A stretch of 64,000 nt of DNA from a bacterium (lineage in GTDB: Bacteria > JAAXHH01), in assembly GCA_965200485.1 (NCBI GenBank), contig CBDAUD010000001.1, positions 793,102 to 857,101 on the forward strand, read 5' to 3'. Below are positions 51,264 through 61,398 of this stretch, one piece after another. A program made the translations under genes and the position numbers. Under the pieces are notes generated by a model. The model did no database searches. It saw only the letters and a program-made list of their open reading frames with translations, and was not told the origin of the DNA. Position 1 is the first letter of the stretch. Each line of letters opens with the position of its first letter.

Positions 51264-52058
51264 ATGGCTGATCGATCGGAAAGCATCGCACCGGACTTTT
51301 TCTCCCGTATTCATATCGTGCTCGTCGAACCGAAAGTGCCCGGGAACATCGGTGCCGTCGCACGGGCGATGACGACCATGGGCCTTTCCCGGCTCGTTCT
51401 GGTCAATCCGGTCGCATTCCGCGACGAAGCTGAAGCCCGCTGGATGGCCCATGGCGCCGGTGAGATACTTGATGCTGCCCGTATTGTCCCGACACTGGAG
51501 GATGCGGTGAATGAGCTCGCCCTCGTCGTAGGCACGACCAATCGCATGCGCGGCCTCTGGCTGAACCCCATCCAGCCCGTGGAACAGGCCTGCGTCGAAC
51601 TGGCCGCCGTGGCGCGAACCCAGTCCTGCGGGATGCTCTTCGGGCGGGAAGACCGCGGCCTGCTGAACGACGAATTGCAACGTTGCAACGTCATAGCCCG
51701 CATCCCGGCGGCCACGACCTATCCGTCTTTGAACTTGGCTCAGTCCGTCATGGTCTGCGCGTATGAGTTGTTTCGCGTCGGAGGAAGCCCACCCCAGACG
51801 TATGAAGTCAGCTTGGCCGAGAACCGGGATGTGGAGCGGATCTCCCACCGCATTCACGATACACTGCTCCGCCTCGGATTTACGTCCAGACCGGCTAGGG
51901 AAACGTTCCTCCGGTCTATCCGACGCGTGTTGCGCCGAAGTCTGCGTCTGGAAGCGCGCGACGTCGGCGCGCTGCACAAGGTCTGCGACGAAATCGACGC
52001 GTACGTGAACCGCCGCGCTGGTCCCCCTGGTCCTCAGAACCCGAAATCGGACGGATAG
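51264..52058 (+). CDS. SpoU/TrmH-family RNA 2'-O-methyltransferase (TrmJ-like)
   Basis: ORF track frame 51204..52058; ATG at 51264. IHIVLVEPKVPGNIGAVARAM, LLFGREDRGL, LNLAQSVMVCAYEL (the three SPOUT motifs). Confidence 0.75.
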   Translation: MADRSESIAPDFFSRIHIVLVEPKVPGNIGAVARAMTTMGLSRLVLVNPVAFRDEAEARWMAHGAGEILDAARIVPTLEDAVNELALVVGTTNRMRGLWLNPIQPVEQACVELAAVARTQSCGMLFGREDRGLLNDELQRCNVIARIPAATTYPSLNLAQSVMVCAYELFRVGGSPPQTYEVSLAENRDVERISHRIHDTLLRLGFTSRPARETFLRSIRRVLRRSLRLEARDVGALHKVCDEIDAYVNRRAGPPGPQNPKSDG

Positions 52059-52780
52059 CACACCGTTTCCAGGCAGAGTCCGCGCGCCGGGGCGTTGGCC
52101 CCCGCCGCCCTCCGATCCTTCGCCTGCAGCATCTCTGTCATGACTTGCTCGGACCACCGTCCGCGGCCAATATCCACGGCCGTGCCTACGATGGTCCGAA
52201 CCATGTGGTGTAGGAAGCGGTTCGCCTCGATATGCAGGCGGAGTTCGTCGTCCTCTTCGACCCAATCCAGTGCCCGCAAGTCGCATGCCGTGCCGTCGGC
52301 GGTCGAAGTGGCTCGGCAGAAGGATCTGAAATCGTGAAGACCGGACAAAGGCGCACAGGCGCGCCGCATCGCGTCCACGTCCAGCGGGTTGGCTACATAC
52401 CAGGCATATCGCCGGCGCAGGGCGCTCGGACGCCGGGTAATCCGGTACAGATACCGGCGTCCCACCGCGCTGAAACGGGCATGGAAGTCATCGGTGGTCT
52501 GCGCAATCTCCAGCACGCGAACGTCCTGTGGCAGGACGCCGTTCAACCCCTTCTTTAACCGATCCTCCCCCATATCCGAATCAGTCCGGAAGTGGACGAC
52601 CTGACCAGTGGCGTGCACGCCGGCGTCCGTACGTCCGGCGGCAGTCGCGCGCAGGTCGACCCGCAGGACCGTGCGAATCGCCTCCTCCAGGACGCCCTGG
52701 ACGGTACGGCCCTCCGGTTGAATCTGCCAACCGAGAAAATCGGTACCGTCGTATTCGAGCTTTAGCGCGAGCGTGTGCAT
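52034..52780 (-). CDS. truA: tRNA pseudouridine(38-40) synthase TruA
   Basis: ORF track 248 aa. YDGTDFLGWQIQ, AAGRTDAGVHATGQVVHF (catalytic Asp), and FLHHMVR. 25-nt convergent overlap with the preceding gene. Confidence 0.93.
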   Translation of the reverse strand: MHTLALKLEYDGTDFLGWQIQPEGRTVQGVLEEAIRTVLRVDLRATAAGRTDAGVHATGQVVHFRTDSDMGEDRLKKGLNGVLPQDVRVLEIAQTTDDFHARFSAVGRRYLYRITRRPSALRRRYAWYVANPLDVDAMRRACAPLSGLHDFRSFCRATSTADGTACDLRALDWVEEDDELRLHIEANRFLHHMVRTIVGTAVDIGRGRWSEQVMTEMLQAKDRRAAGANAPARGLCLETVCYPSDFGF

Positions 52781-52801
52781 GGATGAAGGTATCGACGTGG
52801 A

Positions 52802-53632
52802 TCAGAAAAGACTGTTGATGGGGCTGTTCTGGTTGACCACCGCGCACAGGCAGAGCAGGGTGGCCAGGGCGCCCAGGGCCACGTAATCGTTTCGACCCAG
52901 GACCAGAATACGGAACTTCGTGCGGCCGGTTCCGCCCCGGTAACAGCGCGCTTCCATGGCCATGGCCAGATCCTCTGCCCGCCGAAAGGCTGAAAGCATG
53001 AGGGGGACGAGTAGCGTGGTCATTTTTCTAATTTTCCGAACGGGATTCCCGGTGAAATCAGCGCCTCTGGCAGCCTGGGCCTTCTGCAGACGATCCGCTT
53101 CCTCCACCAGCGTCGGAATGAACCGCAGGGCAATCACCATCATCATGGCCAGTTCATGCGCGGGCAACCCGAATCGCTCCAACGGCTTGAGCAACCGCTC
53201 GATGCCGTCCGAAACGTCAAGCGGCGCCGTGGTCAGCATCAGCAGAGCCGCGATCAACATGATAGTCACCAGGCGCAGGCAGAAGATCGTGCCTTGGAAC
53301 ATACCGGCCCATGTGGGGCCGGGTATGGTGTATCCTCCGATGATCACCGCTTCGCCCGGCGTAAACAGGGTATGGGCGGCGAAGGTAATGATCAGAATCG
53401 GACGGAAAGCTTTCAGGTTGCTCAGCAGCAGGTGGGAAGGGATATCGGAGATCCTGCTCAGGGCGGCAACGGTGATCAGCATCAGGAAGAAAAACGGCAG
53501 CGTTTTCATCCAGATCATTCCCGCCATCAGCGCCAGGGCGCCACACAGCTTCGTGCGGGGGTCCAGCCGATGTACGGAAGATTCACCAGGATAGTATTGG
53601 CCCAGCGTAAGGTTCTGGAGCATGGTGGGCAC
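52802..53632 (-). CDS. ecfT: Energy-coupling factor transporter transmembrane component EcfT (CbiQ family)
   Basis: ORF track 276 aa. YYPGESSVHRLDPRTKL, coupling helices QKAQAARGADF and AMAMEARCYRG. No ecfA genes in the window. Confidence 0.85.
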   Translation of the reverse strand: MPTMLQNLTLGQYYPGESSVHRLDPRTKLCGALALMAGMIWMKTLPFFFLMLITVAALSRISDIPSHLLLSNLKAFRPILIITFAAHTLFTPGEAVIIGGYTIPGPTWAGMFQGTIFCLRLVTIMLIAALLMLTTAPLDVSDGIERLLKPLERFGLPAHELAMMMVIALRFIPTLVEEADRLQKAQAARGADFTGNPVRKIRKMTTLLVPLMLSAFRRAEDLAMAMEARCYRGGTGRTKFRILVLGRNDYVALGALATLLCLCAVVNQNSPINSLF

Positions 53633-53888
53633 TGAAATGAAGTTCGCTGGGAGGAGGCGAAGGCATGGGCGGGAATTTCACGCCTCCTGGAGGTGCCGGG
53701 CAAAAGAATGCCCCACACAGGCGAGCATAAGTATTTTAGGAGAACCTGATCGGAACAGTGGTTGTCCCCCCGGATAGTTCTGACTTCCTCCAATCTGGTG
53801 AGGCATGCCATCGATACCCGGAGCAGGATTCCCTATGGTATAGCAAAGGTTCTTTTAAAATGACTTTGCTGGAAACCTGTGTGAGGCA
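53633..53888 (-). ncRNA. Structured ~255-nt 5' leader of ecfT (candidate cis-regulatory RNA, class unassigned)
   Basis: On the minus strand, 11-bp long-range pairing of cctcacacagg (53876-53886) with cctgtgtgggg (53711-53721) includes a G-U that would be a C-A mismatch on the plus strand. Internal hairpin agcaaag/ctttgct (53842-53848 / 53864-53870). 8-bp hairpin aggaggcg/cgcctcct (53652-53659 / 53681-53688). Confidence 0.4.
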
Positions 53889-53894
53889 AACTCC

Positions 53895-53923
53895 ATTATA
53901 TCGGGTACGGCGCAGGCCGGCAA
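53895..53923 (-). promoter_or_regulatory. Candidate sigma70-type promoter for the ecfT leader
   Basis: Minus strand TTGCCG (53923-53918), a 17-nt spacer, then perfect TATAAT (53900-53895). Confidence 0.5.
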
Positions 53924-53940
53924 GCGATTTTGTTCCCAAG

Positions 53941-55272
53941 TCAGGTTTTGCGCTTTTTCTTCGTGGCCGCAGGAAAGAGGATGTTATTGAGAATCAGCCG
54001 GTATCCCGGTGAGTTTTTGTGCAGGGCGAGATTAGTCGGCGGATCTCCCACCAGGTGCTCTTCGTCCTCCGGATCGTGCCCTCCGTAGAAAGTGAATGTC
54101 CCCCTGCCGTAGTTGCCGTGGATGTACTTGACGTGATCGGTTCCGGCTTCCTCGGCGAGGACGACCACGTTACGCTTGAGCACGTCGCGATGAAAGGACG
54201 TGGAGAGCCCGTAGAAACCGGCAATGTAGTTCACGTGGTTCTGCGTCAGCATGGTGGGGACCGGGTCGTGCTTGGCGGAGAAATCAAAGAGGGTGAACGG
54301 TCCGGTCATTACCTTGCCGGCATTGACCTGGTTCACGTCGATGTTGGAAAAGGAACCGATGAGCGGGTTCAGTTGCAGTGTGAAGTTCTCGAAGGCGAAA
54401 GTATCGTCGAAATTCAGCTTGGACTGGGCATCGGGATCGACGGGCGTGTGATCGTACTCCGGCGCGACGATGTCGGTGCCGGCCGAAGCCAGGGCGATCT
54501 CCAGGGTCTCCGTCGCCGCGCACATGGCGAAGAGAAAACCGCCGTTCCCCACGTAGGCCCTGATGCTCTGTGCCACGGCCTTCTTGGCCTCGGCGACAGT
54601 CGGATACCCGAGGGTCCTTGCCAGTGTTTCGTCCGTGACCTGCTGCTGCTGGTACCAGGGCATGCGGTGATAGCTGTAGAACTTGCTGTACTGCCCGGTA
54701 AAATCCTCGTGGTGGAGGTGCAGCCAGTCGTATTTTCTCAGTGCTCCGGTAAGGGCCTCCCGGTCGAAGATGGTCTGGTAGGGTACCTCGGCGTAGTCCA
54801 GTGCCAGGGTCACGGCATCATCCCAGGGACGCTTGTCGGGCCGTGTGTACACGGCGATTTTGGGCGCTTTCTCCAGAAGAACCCGGTCCATGTTGTTTTC
54901 CTCGATGTGGCCGTAGATCCGGAAAAGCTCCGCGCCGTCGATCACAGTGAAACTCACGCCCCGCAGGGCGCAGGCCCGTACCTTGTCCGCCGACGGGTCC
55001 ATGATGAAGGAACCGCCGCGGTAGTTCAGCAGCCATTCGACCGAGTCTCCCTGCTTCAACGCCTGAAAGACGATGCCGTAGGCCTTGAGGTGATCCTGTT
55101 GTTCCAGGTCCATGAAGATCAGCATCTTCTGGGCGCTGGCAGCAGGGGCGGAAAGAAACAGGCCAAGGAACAATAGCGTGAAGATACGCAAGTTCAGTAT
55201 GAAGATACGCAAGTTCGTTTCCCCGTTGTGTTGAAGCGCTTCGCGAAATCGGCGGGTCGGGTGCGTTACCAA
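53941..55272 (-). CDS. Secreted hypothetical protein
   Basis: ORF track 443 aa. Signal peptide ...LLFLGLFLSAPAASAQ and good coding texture; I recognise no family. The plus ORF 54019..55176 is its shadow. Confidence 0.7.
   Translation of the reverse strand: MVTHPTRRFREALQHNGETNLRIFILNLRIFTLLFLGLFLSAPAASAQKMLIFMDLEQQDHLKAYGIVFQALKQGDSVEWLLNYRGGSFIMDPSADKVRACALRGVSFTVIDGAELFRIYGHIEENNMDRVLLEKAPKIAVYTRPDKRPWDDAVTLALDYAEVPYQTIFDREALTGALRKYDWLHLHHEDFTGQYSKFYSYHRMPWYQQQQVTDETLARTLGYPTVAEAKKAVAQSIRAYVGNGGFLFAMCAATETLEIALASAGTDIVAPEYDHTPVDPDAQSKLNFDDTFAFENFTLQLNPLIGSFSNIDVNQVNAGKVMTGPFTLFDFSAKHDPVPTMLTQNHVNYIAGFYGLSTSFHRDVLKRNVVVLAEEAGTDHVKYIHGNYGRGTFTFYGGHDPEDEEHLVGDPPTNLALHKNSPGYRLILNNILFPAATKKKRKT
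55180..55216. repeat. In-frame 21-bp tandem duplication in the signal-peptide region
   Basis: gaagatacgcaagttc occurs at 55180-55195 and 55201-55216 (period 21). It encodes NLRIFIL-NLRIFTL. Confidence 0.85.
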
Positions 55273-55292
55273 CGGTTTATTCCGACGACCGT

Positions 55293-56483
55293 TTATCCGG
55301 ACGAATCTCCATGCAGTTCGGCCAGGTTGTCCACGTATTTGTGCCCGCTCCCTGTGGCGAATAGTACCACCCGTTCAGATCGTTCGATTCGGCCCAGCGC
55401 GAGCATTTTTCTCAGACCCGCCAGCACCGCTCCGCCTTCGGGAGAAACGAAGATGCCCTCGAAGGATCCAATCTCCCGGACGCCTCGGACCATGTCGCCA
55501 TCGGGCACGGCCACCGCCTCTCCGTTGCTTTCCCGGATGGCGGCCAGCATCAGCTTATCGCCCACGGCCGAGGGCACGCGGAGTCCGCTGGCGATCGTAC
55601 GGGCGTTCTCCCACTCGGGTGCGTCCAGCCAGTGCTGTTCCCAGGCCCGGACGATGGGTTGGCAGCCGGCGGCCTGCACTGCGACCATACGGGGTCGTTC
55701 CGGTCCGATCCATCCGAGCGCTTCCATTTCAGCGAAAGCCTTCCACATGCCGATCAGGCCGGTCCCTCCGCCCGCGGGATACAGGATCGCGTCTGGCAGG
55801 GTCCAGCCGCCCTGTTCCGCCAGTTCGTACCCCATGGTCTTCTTGCCCTCGAGCCGATAGGGTTCCTTCAGGGTGGACACGTCGAACCATCCCCGCTCTG
55901 CTTTTCGGCTGGCCACCCGTTTTCCGCAGTCCGTGATCAGTCCGTCCACCAGCTCCACAGCGGCGCCGTGGGCCCGGCACTCGGCGATGAAGGGCAGGGG
56001 GGTGTCCCGGGGCATGAATACATGCACAGGGATACCCGCCTTGGCACCGTAGGCCGACAGGGCCCCGGCCGCATTTCCCGCGGAAGGGATGGCGAGGGCT
56101 TCAGCGCCCAGTTCCCTGGCGCGAGACACGGCCATGGCCAGTCCCCGGGCCTTGAAGGATCCGGTGGGATTGACGGACTCATCCTTGATGTATAGCCGGT
56201 CCATCCCGAGGCGCTCGCCCAGGCGCCGGGCGTGGACCAGGGGCGTACCGCCCTCGCTGAGCGTAACAATGGCCGACTCGTCATCCACCGGGAGCATCTC
56301 GCGATAGCGCCAGAGCGTGGGTTCACGAATCGCCAGGGCTTCCGGGGTCAGCGTCTTTCCGGCTGCTTCCACGTCGTACCGGGCGAGGAGCGGCCGGTTG
56401 CAGTCGGGGCACAGGTTCCGCAGCTTGTCCGCCGACACCCTCCGGCCGCAATCGCTGCATTCCAGATCGATGAGAAAGTTCAT
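55293..56483 (-). CDS. thrC: Threonine synthase (with N-terminal zinc ribbon)
   Basis: ORF track 396 aa. CSDCGRRV...CPDCNRPL, the PLP lysine motif NPTGSFKARG, and SAGNAAGALSAY. Confidence 0.88.
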   Translation of the reverse strand: MNFLIDLECSDCGRRVSADKLRNLCPDCNRPLLARYDVEAAGKTLTPEALAIREPTLWRYREMLPVDDESAIVTLSEGGTPLVHARRLGERLGMDRLYIKDESVNPTGSFKARGLAMAVSRARELGAEALAIPSAGNAAGALSAYGAKAGIPVHVFMPRDTPLPFIAECRAHGAAVELVDGLITDCGKRVASRKAERGWFDVSTLKEPYRLEGKKTMGYELAEQGGWTLPDAILYPAGGGTGLIGMWKAFAEMEALGWIGPERPRMVAVQAAGCQPIVRAWEQHWLDAPEWENARTIASGLRVPSAVGDKLMLAAIRESNGEAVAVPDGDMVRGVREIGSFEGIFVSPEGGAVLAGLRKMLALGRIERSERVVLFATGSGHKYVDNLAELHGDSSG

Positions 56484-56492
56484 GTTTGTTTG

Positions 56493-57422
56493 TCACAGGT
56501 CGAAGAACAGTCCGACCCCGCCGTAATTGTCCTGCTGCTGATGGAACTGACCGTGTTCGCTGCGTCCGCCGTGGTAGACGAGGGCGAAACGCAGGCCACT
56601 CGAATCCCCCGAGTGTAGCATCAACCCGGCGTGTGCCGTGCGATTGACCGTCAGCCCCCCGTCCCGAAAGACGCGAAAGTCGCAGGCAAGATAAGCCCGG
56701 GTATTTCCGCCCGCCAGGGGAACGGAGACCAGTTCCGCCCCGCCCTGTACCCGCCAACGCCGCACATTTGGTATGGCGTGGTTCGACCACCTGAGACTAC
56801 CGTAGGTCCGAACGCTACCGATCCTGCCAATCCCTTGCATCTCCTGCTCATAGGATCCGTACAGCGTGAAGTACTCCCGACTATAGGTCATGGCCTGAGC
56901 CGGTCCGTCGTATCCGTCCGCCAGATGGGCGCTCACGTGGGCGTATTCGAAACGCCCCGCGAGCCGGCCGGCGCCCAAGTCCGCGTGGAACCCGAACAGA
57001 TAGTCGGCGGTTTCAAGGGGAAAGGTTTTTCCGGACCATCGCAGCTTTGAGAAGACCCCCGCATGGATTCCGGTTCGGAGTCGAAGCCCATTCCCGTCTT
57101 CCCAAGCATATTCGGCTGCCTCCCAGGAACCGCCGATATCGCCGTTCAGCCGATTGTCCAGGTTGGTGACGATGGCAAACCGCGTCTCGGTGGGGTCGGC
57201 AAGCGGCGAGCGGAACAGGCGCTGTTGCGGTCCGGCGAAACGCCAGGTCCCGCCCGCGGCTTCGAATACGGTGAAGAGCGCTGTCACGACCACCAGAGCC
57301 AATGTGCCCGCGATGGACAGCCGTCGTGATTTCGGCCTGCCGCCAGTCCCGCGTTTCAGCGTCATGCGACCTTCCTCACCGGATCGGACGGCGCAAAACA
57401 TCGTTGCCGCGTACGCGCACAT
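56493..57422 (-). CDS. Outer-membrane beta-barrel-like protein (DUF1207-like)
   Basis: ORF track 309 aa. Signal/anchor AGTLALVVVTALF, LFRSPLADPTETRFA, alternating beta pattern, aromatic C-terminus GLFFDL. The family call is from memory only. Confidence 0.5.
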   Translation of the reverse strand: MCAYAATMFCAVRSGEEGRMTLKRGTGGRPKSRRLSIAGTLALVVVTALFTVFEAAGGTWRFAGPQQRLFRSPLADPTETRFAIVTNLDNRLNGDIGGSWEAAEYAWEDGNGLRLRTGIHAGVFSKLRWSGKTFPLETADYLFGFHADLGAGRLAGRFEYAHVSAHLADGYDGPAQAMTYSREYFTLYGSYEQEMQGIGRIGSVRTYGSLRWSNHAIPNVRRWRVQGGAELVSVPLAGGNTRAYLACDFRVFRDGGLTVNRTAHAGLMLHSGDSSGLRFALVYHGGRSEHGQFHQQQDNYGGVGLFFDL

Positions 57423-57440
57423 CGCATCTACACTGGCCGG

Positions 57441-57468
57441 TCCTTCCTATTCGATGATAGAAAGGACA
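57441..57468. promoter_or_regulatory. Imperfect palindrome (candidate operator) in the divergent spacer upstream of acnA
   Basis: gtccttcctat-tcgatg-atagaaaggac. The 11-nt arms match at 10 of 11 positions. Confidence 0.3.
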
Positions 57469-57553
57469 ACGTTCATGTGTCAAGGACCTAATAGCAATCC
57501 GAAGTCCGTCCCGCCAAGCGCTTTTCGATCACAGCCAGACGGGCGGAATGTGC

Positions 57554-57582
57554 TTGACAGAAGCGCCGCCGTTTGTTAATTT
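57554..57582 (+). promoter_or_regulatory. Candidate sigma70-type promoter of acnA
   Basis: TTGACA (57554-57559), a 17-nt spacer, then TAATTT (57577-57582). Confidence 0.5.
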
Positions 57583-57638
57583 GAGACCTCTTGTTCAAAC
57601 TAAATCGTGTTAAGGAATCAACTGACGTGTCGGGTAAA

Positions 57639-60389
57639 ATGAACAGCTTCTCAGCCCGCGCAGAATTGAAGACGGGCGGAGGCGCCTGCACCTTCTATTC
57701 GCTTTCGAAAGCCGCGTCAGGCGGCGCAGGCGATCTTTCCCGTCTGCCCTTCTCTCTCAAGATCATGCTGGAGAACCTGTTGCGCCATGAAGACGGCGTG
57801 ACGGTATCGGCCGGGGACGTGACCGCGGTTGTGGACAGCGCCGCAGGCGGACCCTCCGACCGGGAGATCGCATTCCGCCCTGCGCGGGTGCTGATGCAGG
57901 ACTTCACGGGCGTGCCGGCCGTCGTGGACTTGGCGGCCATGCGGGACGCCATCCGCGAACTGGGCGGCGCAGTCGACCGTATCAATCCCCTCCAGGATGT
58001 GGACCTGGTCATCGACCACTCCGTGCAGGTAGACGAGTTCGGTTCTCGCCGGGCGTTTGCGGCCAATGTGGACCGCGAATTCGACCGTAACATGGAGCGG
58101 TACCTTTTCTTGAAGTGGGGACAGCAGGCCTTCGACAACTTCCGGGTCGTTCCACCCGGCACGGGCATAGTGCATCAGGTGAACCTGGAGTACCTGGCCA
58201 AGGTGGTATGCATCCGGGAACAGGATGGTGACCGGATCGCCTGTCCCGACACCCTGGTGGGTACGGATTCCCATACCACCATGATCAACGGACTCGGCGT
58301 TGTCGGTTGGGGCGTCGGCGGTATCGAAGCGGAAGCGGCCATGCTCGGCCAGCCCGTGTCCATGCTCATCCCGTCCGTCGTGGGGTTCAAGTTGACGGGT
58401 GCGTTGCCGCCCGGGGCGACGGCAACGGATCTGGTTCTGACGGTCACCCAGATGCTTCGGACGCACGGTGTCGTGGGAAAGTTCGTGGAGTTTTACGGTT
58501 CGGGTCTGGCCGGTTTGACCCTGCCCGACCGGGCTACGATAGCCAACATGGCGCCCGAATATGGCGCCACAGTGGGGTTCTTCCCCGTCGACGGCGAGAC
58601 GCTGTCCTATATGGCACTGACCGGTCGTGACCCCGACGATGTAGCGCTGGTCGAAGCCTATACGAAAGCGCAGGGTCTCTTTCGCACAGATGATATGCCC
58701 GACCCTGTTTTTTCGGACACCCTGGAACTTGATCTTGGTACCGTGGAACCGAGTCTGGCAGGCCCCCGGCGGCCGCAGGATCGGGTATCTTTGTCCGGTG
58801 TGAAGCCCTCCTTCCGCAGGGCGCTGGCTACGATGCTGGACAGCGAGAACCCCGGTCTTTCCTCCGAGACCGTCAGCCAGTGGGTAGACGGCAACGGCCA
58901 CGCGCCTGGTGATTTGGGTACGCTGACGAAGACGGCGACCGTCGAGATGGACGGATCAACCTTTACACTGGGACATGGCTCGGTCGTGATCGCCTCGATC
59001 ACCAGCTGCACGAATACATCGAATCCGGCGGTGCTCGCGGCCGCGGGGGTCTTGGCCCGAAAGGCGGTCGAATCCGGCTTGTCCACGAAGCCCTGGGTGA
59101 AGACCAGCCTCGCACCGGGTTCGCAGGTGGTGACCCGTTACCTGGAAGACATGGGGCTCCTACCCTACTTGGAACAGCTCCGGTTTCATGTCGTGGGCTA
59201 CGGCTGCACGACGTGCATCGGAAACAGCGGCCCGATTCCTGCGCCCGTTGGCGATGCGGTGCGAGCGTCGGATCTGGTGGCAGCCGCCGTATTGAGCGGA
59301 AACCGGAATTTCGAGGGCCGTGTGAATCCTCTCGTCAAGGCGAATTATCTCGCTTCGCCACCGCTGGTGGTCGCCTACGCCTTGGCGGGACGTATGGATG
59401 TGGATCTGTACCGGGATCCCATCGGAACTGATCAGGAAGGCAACGGCGTCTATCTTCGCGACATTTGGCCGACGCCGGACGAAGTCCGTGAAGCCGTGCG
59501 CGTCTCGGTCCGTCGCGAGATGTTCCAGTCGACGTACGCCGACGTATTCAGGGGCGACGACCGCTGGGCCGGCCTTGCCGCGACGAGCGACGAGTCCTAC
59601 GCCTGGGACAGCGCGTCCACTTACGTCAAGCTTCCGCCCTATTTTCAAGGTATGGCAGCCAGTCCGGCTGAGATAACCGACATAATCGGTGCCCGTGCGC
59701 TGGCGGTACTGGGTGATTCCGTGACGACGGATCACATATCTCCGGCCGGATCGATCCAGACCGACAGCCCCGCAGGCCGCTACTTGGTCGAGCATGGCGT
59801 CGCGCCGACCGAGTTCAACTCATACGGGGCACGGCGCGGGAACCACGAAGTCATGATGCGGGGTACTTTCGCCAATATCCGCCTCCGAAACCGCATGGCG
59901 CCGGGTACCGAGGGAGGCTGGACGAAACAGGCGCCCGACGCCGAACCGATCGCCATCTACGATGCCGCCATGAAGTATCGCGCTTCAGGCACCCCGCTTG
60001 TCGTGATCGCCGGAAAGGAATACGGCTCCGGTTCATCGCGAGACTGGGCCGCCAAAGGACCCAATCTCCTCGGAGTTCGGGCCGTCATCGTGGAGAGCTA
60101 CGAACGCATTCACCGGAGCAATCTCATTGGCATGGGGATCCTGCCGTTGCAATTCGAGGAGGGCGAAAGCGCCGAGTCCCACAACCTGACCGGCTTCGAG
60201 ACCTATGACATCGGGGGGCTTGAGGGGGGTATTGCACCCCGGCAACGCGTCCGAGTCCGCGTAAATTCCGCCGACGGTTCCACGAAGACTTTGCATGCCA
60301 TCGTGCGGATCGATACGCCGGTTGAGGTGGAATACTACCGTCACGGTGGTATCCTGCAATACGTAATGCGGGGGTTGTTGAAGGGGTGA
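57639..60389 (+). CDS. acnA: Aconitate hydratase A
   Basis: ORF track 932 aa (frame opens at 57591). ATG at 57639; a GTG at 57627 after AAGGA is an alternative start. Fe-S ligand motifs [10 protein letters not shown] and [10 protein letters not shown], plus [10 protein letters not shown]. Confidence 0.95.
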   Translation: MNSFSARAELKTGGGACTFYSLSKAASGGAGDLSRLPFSLKIMLENLLRHEDGVTVSAGDVTAVVDSAAGGPSDREIAFRPARVLMQDFTGVPAVVDLAAMRDAIRELGGAVDRINPLQDVDLVIDHSVQVDEFGSRRAFAANVDREFDRNMERYLFLKWGQQAFDNFRVVPPGTGIVHQVNLEYLAKVVCIREQDGDRIACPDTLVGTDSHTTMINGLGVVGWGVGGIEAEAAMLGQPVSMLIPSVVGFKLTGALPPGATATDLVLTVTQMLRTHGVVGKFVEFYGSGLAGLTLPDRATIANMAPEYGATVGFFPVDGETLSYMALTGRDPDDVALVEAYTKAQGLFRTDDMPDPVFSDTLELDLGTVEPSLAGPRRPQDRVSLSGVKPSFRRALATMLDSENPGLSSETVSQWVDGNGHAPGDLGTLTKTATVEMDGSTFTLGHGSVVIASITSCTNTSNPAVLAAAGVLARKAVESGLSTKPWVKTSLAPGSQVVTRYLEDMGLLPYLEQLRFHVVGYGCTTCIGNSGPIPAPVGDAVRASDLVAAAVLSGNRNFEGRVNPLVKANYLASPPLVVAYALAGRMDVDLYRDPIGTDQEGNGVYLRDIWPTPDEVREAVRVSVRREMFQSTYADVFRGDDRWAGLAATSDESYAWDSASTYVKLPPYFQGMAASPAEITDIIGARALAVLGDSVTTDHISPAGSIQTDSPAGRYLVEHGVAPTEFNSYGARRGNHEVMMRGTFANIRLRNRMAPGTEGGWTKQAPDAEPIAIYDAAMKYRASGTPLVVIAGKEYGSGSSRDWAAKGPNLLGVRAVIVESYERIHRSNLIGMGILPLQFEEGESAESHNLTGFETYDIGGLEGGIAPRQRVRVRVNSADGSTKTLHAIVRIDTPVEVEYYRHGGILQYVMRGLLKG

Positions 60390-60394
60390 AGGAC

Positions 60395-61393
60395 ATGGGA
60401 ATCAGGGTTGGTATCAACGGCTTCGGCCGGATCGGTCGCATGGTCTTCCGCGCCATGACGGAACGTACCGGATTCGATGTGGTTGCCATTAACGATCTCA
60501 CGGACAGCGCGACGCTGGCGCACCTGTTGAAGTACGACTCCGTGCATGGCCGGTACGGCTCCCCGGTTGTGGCGGTGGATGACGGTCTCGTGGTGAACGG
60601 GCACAAGATTGATATAGTAGGCGAACGGGATCCCTCAGACCTGTCTTGGGAGGACCGGGGCGTCGACCTGGTCGTGGAATCCACCGGGATCTTCACCAGC
60701 AGGGACAAGGCTTCGGCCCACATCGCAGCCGGGGCGAAGAGAGTACTGATCTCAGCACCCGCAACCGACGTGGACGCCACCATCGTCGTGGGGGTGAACG
60801 ACGGGATACTGACCGAGGCGCACCGAATCGTCTCCAACGCGTCCTGCACCACCAACTGTCTGGCTCCTATGGCGGCTGTGCTCCACGAGCACTTCGGCGT
60901 TGTAAGCGGTTCCATGACCACGGTGCACGCCTATACCAGCGATCAGCGTGTTACCGACCTGGCTCACCAGGACCCACGGCGGGCCAGGTCGGCCGCCCTT
61001 TCCATCATTCCTACCAGCACCGGTGCTGCCAAGGCCATCGGCGAGGTGATCCCCGCCCTCAACGGTCGGCTCAACGGCATGGCATTCCGCGTGCCCGTCC
61101 CCGATGGTTCCCTGACCGACCTCGTAGCCCAGGTCGAGCGCATGCCCACGGCAGACGAAGTGAACGAAGTCTTCGCGGCCGCTGCCTCGGATCGGCTGAG
61201 CGGCATCCTCGAATACTGCGAAGACCCCATCGTCTCCGTCGACATCCTACACAACCCGGCCTCCTGCATATTCGATTCCAAGCTTACCATGACCATCGCA
61301 GGCGGACTGGTCAAGGTTTGCGGCTGGTATGACAACGAGTGGGGCTACTCCAACCGCTGTGTGGATCTGCTGGAGCGGCTGGCAAGGTTGTGA
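60395..61393 (+). CDS. gap: Type I glyceraldehyde-3-phosphate dehydrogenase
   Basis: ORF track frame 60386..61393; the ATG at 60395 gives [15 protein letters not shown]. Catalytic [12 protein letters not shown], and WYDNEWGYS. Confidence 0.95.
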   Translation: MGIRVGINGFGRIGRMVFRAMTERTGFDVVAINDLTDSATLAHLLKYDSVHGRYGSPVVAVDDGLVVNGHKIDIVGERDPSDLSWEDRGVDLVVESTGIFTSRDKASAHIAAGAKRVLISAPATDVDATIVVGVNDGILTEAHRIVSNASCTTNCLAPMAAVLHEHFGVVSGSMTTVHAYTSDQRVTDLAHQDPRRARSAALSIIPTSTGAAKAIGEVIPALNGRLNGMAFRVPVPDGSLTDLVAQVERMPTADEVNEVFAAAASDRLSGILEYCEDPIVSVDILHNPASCIFDSKLTMTIAGGLVKVCGWYDNEWGYSNRCVDLLERLARL

Positions 61394-61398
61394 ATACC

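Noticed and set aside
53633-53888. Assignment of the ecfT leader to the cobalamin or TPP riboswitch classes
   Set aside because: Only short fragments match (AUAGGGAAUCC and GGAAGUCAG for B12; GAACCUGAUCGG on the wrong strand for TPP). The order of elements and the remaining conserved cores (GGUG..AA..CC, GCCACUG, CUGAGA) are absent. I kept it as an unclassified structured leader.
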